From: Octopus vulgaris
Taxonomy: Eukaryota
Direction of reading: 5' to 3'
Assembly: GCA_951406725.2 (NCBI GenBank)
Contig: OX597831.1
Coordinates: 17,546,001 to 17,610,000, forward strand
Length of the DNA stretch: 64,000 nucleotides
The notes below the pieces were generated by a model that saw only the letters and a program-made list of their open reading frames with translations, was not told where the DNA came from and searched no databases. The translations under genes were made by a program, and so were the position numbers. Within the stretch, counting starts at the first letter, position 1. The number at the start of each line of letters is the position of its first letter. Below, in pieces: positions 1-12,409 of the stretch.

Positions 1-230
1 TTCCTCAATGACAAATGCAAGATCAGTTTGTTTGTCTCCGGTAATAGGCAGGACATGAGACGGCTGATAAATGAAGGATTGCTCCCTAAATGCCTGAAGA
101 TATGAGTGAAACATTCAGTTAGGCTTATAATGATATGGTGAATGGTTTCTACGGCAGGTGCTGGGCAATTTACCAGGTCCATACTAATGTGAATGAATCA
201 TATATTGAATCATCCAACAAATTACGAGAC
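1..230 (+). mobile_element. Decayed Tc1-type transposase fragment
   Basis: Frame 1 reads FLNDKCKISLFVSGNRQDMRRLINEGLLPKCLKI*VKH...IMIW*MVSTAGAG, matching the Tc1 FSDESKFNLFGSDGR..VRR...KCLK.TVKHGGG.VMVWG pattern and the remnants at 19.7 kb and 48 kb. Confidence 0.55.
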
Positions 231-999
231 ATGAGAATTAAGTCCATTTCGGGATTATTTAGACGCCATTTATTCAACCGATAATGTATATATATATAGA
301 TACAGAACTGACAGAAATCAATAGACACGCCATAATACATTGTTTAATATTTATTTTCTTATTTTCATGTTTCTAAGGTCATTTTGCTACGCTATATTAA
401 CAGCTATTCTACAGACACAAATTATTTTAGAATAAAGTGCTATATGAGAAGAATATTATGATGAAAACATGCCAATAAAAACTTGCTGTGGCTTGGAGAA
501 TGAAAAAGAGGTAGAAAAAGAAATATAATATTATTTGAACTCAAATTAAACGGTATAACGAGACGAATATTTTTGGAGAAACCTCTGTCTAAAAATATTA
601 AACAAAGACGTATTATGATTTTTTTTACATTCCTATTAATTTTTATTATTCTCTTTAATTCGTACTTATCAAACTTTGTACATATTAATACTGTTTTAAA
701 CTAATAAAATGGGCACTCATTAAAAATATCAATTATTAAATATTTAATACGATAAAAACATTTAATAAAAACATTTAATAAAAATGATATAAAAATATAT
801 ATTTTTTGTGGTCTATATGCTGCTATCTACCCTCTATGAATTTTCGGATAGATACAATTTCTAACATTGAAGAAAACATCAAAACATATATAATAGATGG
901 GATCTTTTTCGGTTATATAGATAAATACATTTAATTATATTATTAGTAGTGTTACATGCATTAAATATGACTTGTCTAAAAAAAAATTCTCATACCTAT

Positions 1000-1096
1000 G
1001 GTATCTGTTATGTTATCATTATAATAATAATAATAATAATAATAATTATAATAATAATAATAATAATAATAATAATGGTATCTTTTATGTTATCAT

Positions 1097-1186
<90 letters not shown>

Positions 1187-1213
1187 TATAATACTTATTA
1201 TTATTATTATTAT
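1000..1213. repeat. (TAA)n microsatellite switching to (TTA)n
   Basis: Read directly; also contains a duplicated ggtatc(t/g)ttatgttatcatt junction. Confidence 0.95.
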
Positions 1214-1382
1214 TCAGTAGTTTTATTTTTATAGCGTGCTTTCACTTCACTACCGAGCACAGCTCTGTGTGCCTTGGGTATGTGCTGTGATTTGTTGTGA
1301 TGCTCTGATGGTTATTGTATGGAAAGTGTTCTGCGTAGGATGTGTGCAGTGCCTAGTAGTGCAATTTTCTGTATGTTATACT
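1214..1382 (-). mobile_element. 3' fragment of R4/Dong-type non-LTR retrotransposon
   Basis: Nearly identical to 58953-59118 (NIQKIALLGTAHILRRTLSIQ* plus 3' UTR); flanked by TAA/TTA repeats. Confidence 0.85.
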
Positions 1383-1394
1383 GTTATACTGTAG

Positions 1395-1462
<68 letters not shown>

Positions 1463-1565
1463 CATCATTATTATTATTACTATCATTATTATTATTTTTT
1501 ATAATTTTTATATTCATTGCCTGTAATCTAACTGGGAATCATGGTGTTTATAGCTCGCGCGCTCT

Positions 1566-1810
1566 GGGCATATGGCGTAGTGTTTAAATGCGCGGGTTAC
1601 CAACCCCGAAATTCCAAGTTCGATTCAAGGCAGTGACCTTAATAATAAGAATAATTACAACATCGAAAAATAACTCAGGAAGAAGAACCCAGGTCCAAAA
1701 TTACTCGCAAGACACCCGATGAATGCTGGAGGGTATATCAGCCGAAACCTTGTCGTATCCACAAACAAAATGAGGACAAAAATCCGTCAAATATGAATAA
1801 CGTAAATAAC
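1566..1810 (+). mobile_element. tRNA-derived SINE with hammerhead-like 3' module
   Basis: A box TGGCGTAGTGT (1573), B box AGTTCGATTC (1617), then gacac-CCGATGA-atgctgg...tcagcc-GAAA (1711-1747). A homologous 3' part lies at 9430-9527 (-). Confidence 0.6.
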
Positions 1811-2525
1811 TTAAACAATATAAGTAGAATTTAGACTGAAAAACTTTCCGCTTACGTTAAAATTTGTGAAATAGATTTCTAAATGTATTTTTTTTAGTGA
1901 GAGCAATGAATTTTTCTAAATATATCTTTTGTTTTGTATTGCAAATTTTAAAAATAATTTCGGATAACATATTTGATATAAACATGTCTTTGTATTGAGC
2001 TAAGAGCTTTCTGGTTTTCAAAAAGTCGAAAATATTTTGCCAGATTAAATTTAAATGATGAAGAGAATCGGACGGTTTTTGTGTTTTGTAAATGGTTTAC
2101 AAGCACCTTCCTCGCTGCAATTGGATTTGTTTCAGCACACGATCTCCGATCGAGTCACTGCTAATCGTTCTATACATCGAGTGTTATATATGAGTTATCC
2201 TTCATTTATTTCAGTGTCACATTTCAGTTTCTCAGGAGAAATCATTTCGTCTTATGTTTTTGCTCATCTTTTAACATTTGTGGCATTCGGGATAATAACT
2301 CTGTACTCTGTAAATTTCTCCAATCAATTAACTTGATACTTTTAATGAGTTGATACGATAAAAACGAAGAACAAATATTTTTCATTGTTTCTTCTAAGCT
2401 TCCAGCCATTTAATCGGGATATTCTTGGCAGGATTTCTGTATAATGTTACCAGGATCAGAATTTCGTTTTAACTTCACGAGTGTTTTTTCTCATCGGTTA
2501 TCAAGTTGTTATCAACGAACACATA

Positions 2526-3801
2526 CGAGGAACGTTCAATAAGTAATGCCCCTGACCCACTTGCAGTTGTTTGATCTAGCTGAAACATGTGAAATTATTC
2601 ATATCTCTATAGATTAAGTGGCAAATTACAGCTCTGAACTAATTGTGGTTTCTGATTCACAGGTGTTTGAACTGAGTCAGGTGTGAAATGGAGCCTATTA
2701 GGTGTCGAGCAGTGATCCGGTTTTTGTATTTGAAAGGACGCACACCACGGGAGACTTTTGATGAAATGAAAGTAACTTATGGTGATGATGCCCCATCATA
2801 TGACCTTGTAAAACGCTGGCATCGTGAATTCAAACATGATAGGAACTCTTTGGAAACAGCCCCCAGATCTGGTCGCCCCCCTTCTGCCATTGATGAGGCA
2901 TCTGTCCGTCAAGTTGAGGCTGCCATTTTGGAAGATCGACGCATAACTATTCGCCAAATAGCCCATGAGGTCAAGATTGGTACCGGGTCTCTGGAAACTA
3001 TCATTCATGACCATTTGCATATGCAAAACGTGTCTGCCAGATGGATTCCCAGGTTGCTCAAACCTTTCCAGAAGCAAGAACGCGTCGAGTGCTCGAGGAT
3101 GAATTTGGAGATGTGCCAAGAAGACGAGTCAAAATTTTTCAAAAGGCTGATTACACAGGATGAAACCTGTGCCCATCACGATGATCCAGAGAACAATGCC
3201 CAGTCAATGCAGTGGAAGCACCGTGACTCACCTCCTCCCAAAGAAGGCAAGGGTGCAGCCCTCCGCTTGCAAGGTCATGCTCACAGTCTTCTGGAACCAA
3301 AACGGAGTAGTGATGACAGGTTTCCTGGCAAAGGGTACCACAATTACAGGGGCCTATTATGCTTCACTTTTGAGGAAATTAAGAGAAGCTATCAAAATCA
3401 AGAGGTGGGGCAAGATCAGCGAAGGCATCCTCCTCCTGCAGGACAACGCTCTGGTCCACAACTCGCTTGTCGCCAGATCAGAAGCACAGGCGTGCGGATA
3501 TGAACTCCTCCCCCAACTCTCCTAACCTTGCACCCTCTGATTTTCACCTCTTCCCAGCCATGAAGTTGTTTTTGAAAGCGTTTCCCAGATGATGCAGCCT
3601 TGATTTCTGAAGTCACGTCGTGGTTGGAGGACCAAGGTGGGGTCTTCTACAAAAGCGGTCTCTAGCGCTGCATCAAACGATGGGAGAATTGCGTAACTCT
3701 GGGTGGTTCCTATGTAGGAAAAGACTAATAACTGTGCCAAATTTCGTTGCTCTACTTCTATGGGAAGTGGGTCAGGGGCATTACTTATTGAACGCCCCTC
3801 G
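2526..3801 (+). mobile_element. Mariner DNA transposon (DD34D), full length 1276 bp
   Basis: ~37-bp TIRs cgagg(aa/gg)cgttcaataagtaatgcccctgacccactt with 2 mismatches; TA target duplication at 2524-2525 and 3802-3803. Confidence 0.95.
2688..3728 (+). pseudogene. Mariner transposase, frameshifted
   Basis: HTH region, WIPRLL, ITQDET, LLQDNA and LAPSDFHLFP motifs are spread over three frames, with breaks near 3240, 3523 and 3575. Confidence 0.92.
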
Positions 3802-4439
3802 TAACTATACTGATAATATTGGCTTTCCTCAAATTGAAAATAAGGTAAAATTGTAAATTATTGTCATAAGTAAAGTTATGGACATTCTCCTAATGAAATT
3901 GAAACTCTTATTAACAAAATAGTCATGTGATACGATTTAAAGACCTTAAAAAATTACGAAGCAATATAGAAATAGATTTCAGCGTTTACTTCTCCGTTAT
4001 TCTTACAGCAACTCTCAAATATATATATTGTAGAATCAATAAAATTACAAATAATATCAATCGTTATTGCACCATTCTCTTCATTTAGATTTGCATTATT
4101 ACATTAACGGCAATTACAGTAAGGAGCAGTGTTTGCATGGACCTCTGAAATGAGAATAGTAAACGTTATATCGATAACAATCTGTATTCCTAAATATGGA
4201 AATTGATTGGATATGAAGTTTGTGTCTATCGCAAATTTAACGTGCGTTTTCTGAAACAAATTTCGATATTTCGTTCGAATATTTCATTCGGTTAAAGTAT
4301 TGGTTATGGTAGTAGGACACTAATGCATGAGTAGTAACATGATATCGATTCTCTCATAATAAGGTAATCGTCAGTACTTGTATCGTACAAACTGTCCATT
4401 AGAGATGGTTACAAGGTGTAGTCCAGCATTTACGACGAC

Positions 4440-4737
4440 GATGATAACAGCTGATACGATCAACGGAACAGCTTGCTCCTGACATTAACGTGCAAGTGGC
4501 TGAGTAATCCACAGACACTTGTACTCTGAACGTAGTTCTCATGGAGAATCAGCGTGACACAGAATATGACATGGGTGGCTCTTTAAAATACAGGTACTAC
4601 TTTGTTTTTGCCAGCTGAGTGGACCTAAGTAAAGTTAAATAAAGTGTCTTGCTCAAGGACACAACGCGTTGCCGTGAACGGAACTCCACACCTTATAACC
4701 GTGAGCCGATTGCCCAAACCACTAAGCTACTCGCTTT
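4440..4737 (-). mobile_element. tRNA-derived SINE
   Basis: Minus strand starts agcgagtagcttagtggtttgggc (A box), followed by the conserved SINE central motif gtgtccttgagcaagacacttta. Confidence 0.7.
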
Positions 4738-4925
4738 CACTGGTGATGGTTATATTTCCCAGGAATAATAATTCTATTGCCATTCTAATGGCACAGGAAT
4801 TGACAAATAGCGAAGGTTGTCTGAGACCAACATATGAAAACTATGACGATGCAATCAATACTACTCTTAGTATAATGCGAGCGCGAAATATGCAGATTTT
4901 TTTACCCTTTTTTTCAAAATATTTA

Positions 4926-6320
4926 CAGGGTTTCCCGAATTCTAAGCAGCCGATGACTCGGGCTTTAATCATTACCAATAAATATGGTAAGATATAAAAA
5001 CTATATATCATTACAAAAGCTTCCGGTGTCATCATTTAATTTCAGACTGCATATATACAGATTTACAAACTTGATAATGGCTGGAGATAAAAATACAATT
5101 ATAACCCTCCAAAGAGTCGGCGAATGTAATTCAGCGATTGCAAATAAAGATTAAAATCAAATTAACAACACTCCCAAAATTTGCCAAAGAATTTTCAAGA
5201 GGCTAGTTCCACCTGGGTTCAAACTGGACCTGGTCAAATATGAATTGTGCGAACCCCTCAGACTAACAAAAGTACCAGAGCAAAGATACTGCGAAATCAT
5301 CATGATTCCTTCAAACATTTGGCTGCCAAGTGAAATATAAGCAGAACATCGATATATCGAGTGCTGAGGATCGGCTGAGACGCAATCCCTAGAAGATGAT
5401 CCGACTGCCATAGCTCATGAAAATATATAAGGGCATACGACAGCAATGAAGTCGTCTTATCTTGCACGCTGCCTAACTTTTTCACTGATGAAAAGAAATT
5501 TGACATCGAATAGGTAGTAAGGAACCAGAATGACTGTCGTAAACGATATCCAGTTCTGGCAAGACTAAACTCATAAATGGCGGTCAAACTACAGAGACAT
5601 TTATGCTTTGAGCAGATGTGAGAACCAGTGGAATGGCGCCCCTCGTTTCTGTGCTCTCGACTGTTCGAATTAACGAGAGATTTCCAACACTCTAGTAGCT
5701 GAAACCCATCCATGGGCAGATGAAAACTTCTAAGGTGCACCTTCCAACAAGAGAGGGCACCATTGCATTTCTCCACACCGACAAAACCCTGGATTCACAA
5801 AAACAATTCCGTCGTTCATAGCCAATGATGTATGACCATTATGAAGATCGAAAATCAACCCGTTATATGTTTCTGTTTGGTCCATTTCAGAGACGAAGTT
5901 CACTAGCAAACCTTATGTTTTGCTCGACGCTCTGAAGGCGGATCTGCACCAAGAATTCTCTTCGTTTCCGTATCAAGAACTGCGTCCTGCGTCTGAAGCA
6001 TTCGCACATAGACTTAAGCCCGTTATTCGAGACAGATGCAGTCATATCACAATGCTGTGTCATAATTGTGTTGCATTCACCACTGCATTGCAATGCAAGT
6101 AGCGGGAATATAATAATTTTTCACTTGGGCATTCCGTCGAGGTCGTATTTGCCGTTTTTCCCTTGGGGAATCGATAAATTAAGTACCACTTACATAATGG
6201 GGTAGATCTAATTAACTGACCCCTTCCCCAAAAGTTCGAGCCTTGCACCTAGATTCGAAAAGAATATTTCGCTGTCCAAATTAAAAATTAAATTGGTTGA
6301 ATTAAATTTAGAACACCCTG
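4926..6320 (+). mobile_element. Decayed Tc1/mariner element of DD37D (maT/Bmmar1-like) type, copy 1
   Basis: Ends ta|cagggtttcc ... gaacaccctg|ta; remnant motifs FTDEKKFDIE*VV.NQND (~5480) and TFQQERAPLH (~5740). Confidence 0.7.
6110..6265 (+). mobile_element. SINE fragment nested in the DD37D element
   Basis: gtcgtatttgcc...tcgataaattaagtaccac core shared with the SINEs at 18501 and 53003. Confidence 0.65.
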
Positions 6321-7055
6321 TATATATTCTAGCTGATAGCATAACTATAGCAGTAAATATATATTCGTGAAGCATTAGCTACAAAGACATCACCTACCTT
6401 TTCAGCGTTAGATGTTCTGTGCTTCTGAAAAATTCAAAGTGTTTTCAATGCTAAAATATATGAAGCAATTTATGTGCACGCATACGCGGTTTTGAGGGCC
6501 TTAATTCTATCATACAAGGAATGTTATAAAATTATGATGAATATACATTTTAGTCAACAATTGATTAATAATTGAAAACTTTAGCTGTATGAACGTGTCT
6601 TATTATAGAAATCTTATTTCAGGTATCGAACAATAGAGTTGATGAAATATAGAGAAAATTCTGCCGTAACGGTTTGGTTGCATTTGGACAGAATTCGAAT
6701 ACATTCAATATCGAAATAAAACGTAACTTACATGACACATCTTCAATGTTTTATACATAATTCGACAATCGCGATGCATGTCTGGAAGATAACACTCGTC
6801 GAAGGCTTCGGCAGCACTGTTAATGGAATTTCACTTGGAATTTACTCATCGGCTGTTGCTGTATATATGCACTTTTGCTTATAAATATATATATATATAC
6901 AAATAATAAGAGAGAGTCCACCATGTGGTCACTATAACGCTAGAAATAGATCCGCAAAGGGACTCCGCCACTAAATAATTGTTCTCAAGAATTAATTCAA
7001 CACGCCAAAAATGTAACCGAGCAGGATAAATGAAAAATGACGACAGAATAGATTA

Positions 7056-7131
7056 ACTCCATACAATTGTTTCATCATTAATAGATTATGTAGTTTTACT
7101 TACATAAGTATTTTCGAATCATCAGTGAAGT
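7056..7131 (-). ncRNA. Minimal type I hammerhead ribozyme motif
   Basis: Reverse complement of the 7193-7268 motif with an intact core. Confidence 0.6.
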
Positions 7132-7192
7132 ATATCTTTGTTGGACTTCGTTAGATTTTGGAGTTCGGTTCAGCAAATTATATTTTCGATAT

Positions 7193-7268
7193 ACTTCACT
7201 GATGATTCGAAAATACTTATGTAAGTAAAACTACATAATCTATTAACGATGAAACAATTGTATGGAGT
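7193..7268 (+). ncRNA. Minimal type I hammerhead ribozyme motif
   Basis: Stem I acttca/tggagt, CTGATGA 7199-7205, stem II with ttatgta/tacataa, GAAA 7251-7254, palindromic stem III ACAATTGT, GUA triplet 7260-7262. Confidence 0.65.
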
Positions 7269-7521
7269 TAATCTATTCTTTCGTTATTTTTCATTTGTCC
7301 TGCTCGCTTACATTTTTGGCGTGTTGAATTAATTCTTGAGAACAATCTTTTAGTGGCAGATTCCCTTTGCGGATCTATTTCTAGCGTTAGAGTGACCACA
7401 TGGTGGACTCTCTCATATTATTTGTATTAAAAATTTTTACTGTATCCCAATTTTTTTATACGCTTGGTGTTTTAAATTGAAGTTATTAATTAATATTCAA
7501 TTTTTTTCACCGTTATAATGA

Positions 7522-7560
<39 letters not shown>

Positions 7561-9012
7561 TAGATAGAAAGATAGATAGATTGACAGATATATATATATA
7601 TATATTTATATACATAGATAGACACATACATACATACATACATTTATGCATACATAGATATAGTTATAGATATACACACATGCACACACACACACACACA
7701 CAAAAATATGGGAATGTGTAGGTGCCGTAGCGGATTACCAAGGCTCAAATCTCATAGCTGAGAAAGGAGTTATGGAAAGATTGTAGATTACCGATATTAC
7801 GGATGTTCACTTGCTAAAATCTAAGCCAAGTGAAGCATTACAAGATGTTTGTATTGGTTTAGCGTTTGTTGTGTGCTTGTGTGTGTGTTTGGGTCTGTGC
7901 GTGTATGTGTATAGAAAATAATAACAAATATGTACAGATGTCAATTCCTTATATCCCATTGATGCGACACATTTAATTTATTAATTAAGATATTACATGA
8001 TTTGAAAGAAGTCGTTCTCGTCAGATGATTGCACAGACTTCAAGATACAAAAGGTAGAATCGCTGCTTTTACATATTCACATCAATATTTGAATTCAAAT
8101 TACAATGTATATTCTCTGATTCTAAATTCCAACACCAAACGTTATATTACTTATCACTTTGGTGTGTTTTTTTATTATACCCATCTCTAATATGATAATC
8201 AAAGTAAGTATTGGCAATTATCATCCATTCTTCTTCCACTTATAATCACTTCCCCTTCAGGCATTCCCTTATTAGCACCACACGCCTTACCTCTTTGCGT
8301 AGATAAATCTGGATATATGGTTCCAGTAGACTGAGTGTATAGTAGAATGCCTGAAGTGATTTATTATCATTAACTAGAATACGGTTGACAATTCCCTATG
8401 GATTTGATTCTAAACGGTTGAAGAGTATACTCTGCATATTGTCTTCGAAGTGTAAGTAAATAGGTTATTTCAATTTTTATCCTAACCTCCACTATTTCCT
8501 CTGCTACTCTCTAAGATATTGTAAACTTGACGAAGTGTACATTACTTCCTAAATTCTGCCAGAGACATGACAACAACAAAAGAAAAACAATGTGAATGTC
8601 TTGAGTTGCATTATTGACGTGAATATGTTAAAACAGTGGTATCATATTTTTTGTTTGAAGTCTGTGCGGTCATTTGACGATATCGGTTCTTTCAAATGAT
8701 GTAAGGTTTTCATTAATCATGTGTAGGAGTCTCTTGGATCGGACCTAATGAAGTGACACTTGTACATCGTCGTTACTCATTTATATTTTATTCACCTACC
8801 TTAGAAATAGCCATTCGGATATACAATAGGAATTACCTTTATGCAAAGTGTATGTATGAACTACCAAGAGCAGATGCCTTTACTCAGAGAGACTTGCTAT
8901 TCAATATTCAATTAATATTATTTTGGAATTAGGATTATACCAACTTAACAAGACGTCTCAATTATATACTTAATTCAACGGAAGCTTAATTATATATATA
9001 TATGTATGTATG

Positions 9013-9039
<27 letters not shown>

Positions 9040-9045
<6 letters not shown>

Positions 9046-9122
9046 ACCTTTAAACGACGGAGAGGACTATTCATATATATATATATATATATATATACAC
9101 CTTTAAACGACGGAGAGGACTA

Positions 9123-9157
<35 letters not shown>

Positions 9158-9185
9158 CTTTAAACGACGGAGAGGACTATTCATC
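9040..9185. repeat. Three exact ~30-bp units separated by (TA)n
   Basis: cacctttaaacgacggagaggactattcat x3. Confidence 0.9.
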
Positions 9186-9429
9186 ACCGCTTTTTATACA
9201 ATTCAGAGTCAAAAAACCCATAGTCGCAATAAGCGACATCATGTTGACAGCAAAAGGAGGCAAGTTCCCTAAGCAGACGGCATAGCCAGATTATTAATGG
9301 TTTTGAAGTTACATTTTAGCTCGGCAGTGCCTCTACCTGATGCCTTGGGTTAAATTAAACACAACTTTTCTTCTTCAGAGGCCAACGTAGAAGTCATAAG
9401 CTGGTTTTATCATTAATGAAAGAGTACAT

Positions 9430-9527
9430 TATTTATATCATCTACATTCGACGGATATTTGCCCTAATCTTGTTTGTTGTTATACACTCCAGCCTTCATC
9501 AGGTGACCTGGAGATATTTCAAACCTG
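9430..9527 (-). mobile_element. 3' fragment of the SINE family at 1566-1810
   Basis: Minus strand reads tcacCTGATGAAGGCTGGAgtgta...acaaacaagattagggcaaatatccgtcgaatg. Confidence 0.65.
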
Positions 9528-9659
9528 CTAGATTTATCAATGGCCGGTTACAGGTAACCGCTGATCCTTGTAGGACGCCCCCCACAAGTGTCATCTGTGT
9601 CTGGAATTGGGCCACATAAAGAAAAACTGTCACCGGACCAAGCAAAGGTCCTGGATCAG

Positions 9660-10010
9660 TTAATAGACGAAGTCTCGTGCTCCCCCATTGGAGAGAGAGG
9701 AGAAATTCGAGGGGGTGATTAACAAACCCGTATTTTCTGTGATCTCCCCCGTTTCTCCAAAGAACTTGTTCCTTCATAAATATTAAGTATTCTTGAAACA
9801 ACTCAGGGATCTCTTAATTTCAGTAGTGATAGCAGAATGTGCCAACCCATGATTTGTAATTTGACCACTCGTCCCCTGATTCTTTTATCATCGTTATGCT
9901 GGCCTTCCAGTATTCTCACTTCACTAGTCTACCCTGTTCTCCCAACAAAGTATACAACGTTCAGACTGTGGCGAGACACTACCTTTTGAAATTTACACCG
10001 CAGGTTCTAT
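9660..10010 (-). mobile_element. Tc1 5' remnant within the duplicated unit
   Basis: Homologous to 20200-20490 and 48250-48560, which continue into Tc1 DDE remnants. Confidence 0.55.
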
Positions 10011-10711
10011 AATTGCGTACACGTTGTATTTTTCAAATACACATCTTTCTATTATAAATACACATCTTTCTATTATAAATTATTTAGTAATTAATTTCTA
10101 CAAAATTTATAGTAAACAACGAACATGCCTGCAAGAATTTACGTGAAAATTCCCAGAAATTCGAAGAAATTACGTACAAATGCAAATGTCTTTGAATTTT
10201 ATTTCCGTTCTCCAATTTTCTCCATAACTGTATCTATGCACATATAGTTTGGTTCCATATAGAATTTCAAATTACAATTAAATGCAATTTTATTAAAGAC
10301 GGTGACGCAGCAGTAACATTGCTGGTAACAATCTTATATTTAAAGCATTTAATTTAGTATATTAATCCAAGAAGTTATAAATTTCATACCTACCGGCAGA
10401 CCGGGTCCGAATGCATATGAGCTAGGTAAATCTCGGGACAACCAAATTTTACTAATTTTTCACAATAGTCTTTCAAGAGGGATGTTGTTACAGCTAGGAT
10501 TTGAAAAATACTTTTTTCAATCATACAGTTACGTAGATATTTATTGTAAATTATCGATTTAAATTGAATCGGTTTCAGACATTCTGTTCAATTTACATTT
10601 ATATACGTGTGTGGGTGTTTGTGGGTGCATGTCAGGATCACTTTGTGTGCGTATGTAAATGTTTGTGTGTGTTTGTGCATGTGTGAGTATGTGTTTGTAT
10701 ACATACATATA

Positions 10712-10771
<60 letters not shown>

Positions 10772-10917
10772 ATAGAAAGGGAGTTACTATACATAAATGC
10801 CATACGCTACGAGGGACATTAAAAGTCAAGAATCCCTCATAGCGTGCGGTATCTATGTATAGTAATGCCCTATTATTTTCTCTTATAAGAATTCTTATAA
10901 AGGCTTTATCATATTTA

Positions 10918-10981
<64 letters not shown>

Positions 10982-11239
10982 TATATTAAAATAAAGAGTA
11001 GGATATCTCGTAGTACGTTAGTACGACCGTTTTGATTAACTTCGTGTAATTGAACAATGTAATCGTTGCATCAATTTAAATGCATTGCTATCTTGAGTTA
11101 CAGAAAATGTTGAATTATTTGACAAGCTGGACACATTAAATGGAGCCACTTGAAACGGCCGTACTGCATTACTACTTGATATTCTTTTGCTTATTTTGAG
11201 TTTTTCCACCTTTATTCGAGCTGTGCGGATAATACCAGA

Positions 11240-11535
11240 CTGACTCGGTGCTTCAACTACCCATGTGCTTCTGAAAACCTAATATATGTATTAACTTGCT
11301 CATAATGTCGAAAACACTATATCGGTCGAACTGAAAACGTTTGGCGCCAGTGGATTACGGCACATAGACCCCAAATTAAAATACGAGATTACGGTTAATA
11401 GGGTTAACCGGGCACATCGATCTTTGCTCCATTAACAAGCCAAATTCAGCCTCTATAAATCGGGGACAAAGCAAACTATAATCAGCACATAGTAAAGAAG
11501 AATATTTTATCCGAAAATATAATCCGCTCCTCATT
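11240..11535 (+). mobile_element. Penelope-like element GIY-YIG endonuclease remnant
   Basis: Translates to CASENLIYVLTCS*CRKHYIGRTENVWRQWITAHRPQIK ... KEEYFIRKYNPLL, the LIY..C..C...YIG.T pattern of PLE endonucleases. Confidence 0.75.
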
Positions 11536-12089
11536 TCTTCCAACATAGATGAAACTAATACAAGAATTTAGAACAATTCCAACCTCTATTGCCATGACAA
11601 CATCAGGTCACATTTAGATCATGTGACCTTTAATGAAAATTCAATGAAAAATATTTCACACCACTCGCTTTTTTTTCTTTTCTTTATCCGTTAATCCCCT
11701 TTTCCTACTCGCCATCATTGTTTAATCTTCTTTTCCTTATCATACTTATTCTCCTTCTTTTTCTTCTCCTTTTTCTTCCTTTTACTTGTTCTTCATGTTG
11801 TTCTTCTTGTCGTCTTCTTTCTCTCGTCCACTTTCTTCTACTTCTTCTTCATCTTCCTCTCCATTCTCTCCTCCCTCGGCTGCTCCTGCTTAAACCATCA
11901 ATTCCCTATACTCATAAAGGTTTTCCATTAATACACAATTTTCGTACCAACTTACCGAAGTTATTTTTGTTGCTTATTTTGATTATAATCACCCCATGGA
12001 TTTATATGGATAACACCATACAAAATGCTGGTGCATCTAACTTAAGTACCATATTCATTTGAAAACTAAATTTTGCTGAACTATATATT

Positions 12090-12126
<37 letters not shown>

Positions 12127-12232
12127 CTGTGTCTGTGTATGTGTGTATATGTATGTGCATATACACACATGCATGTACATATTTAGATACATACATATAT
12201 ACACAGATATCTATAGGCACACACACACACAC

Positions 12233-12287
<55 letters not shown>

Positions 12288-12320
12288 CATATATTTATAC
12301 ACACATTCATACATACATAT

Positions 12321-12353
<33 letters not shown>

Positions 12354-12409
12354 GTACGTTTAAATATGTGTTGGCTAAACTGGCGAAATGACCATTCCGA
12401 AATATAACA

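Larger units (their letters stand above)
6898..7520. mobile_element. Fold-back (head-to-head) Penelope-like pLTR insert in (TA)n
   Basis: Arms 6898-7136 and 7189-7428 are reverse complements (>90% by eye). Each arm holds a hammerhead motif. A third copy is at 16585-16845. Confidence 0.7.

Noticed and set aside
1566-1640. Functional tRNA gene
   Set aside because: The acceptor and T stems do not pair and there is no terminator; it is a SINE head, as are the other tRNA-like segments.
6610-6730. Conserved ttatttcag block as a coding exon
   Set aside because: The frames I translated hit stops, and the copies at 14915 and 45710 show no shared peptide.
9040-9185. CRISPR-like repeat-spacer look
   Set aside because: The spacers are only (TA)n, the context is eukaryotic and there are no cas genes.
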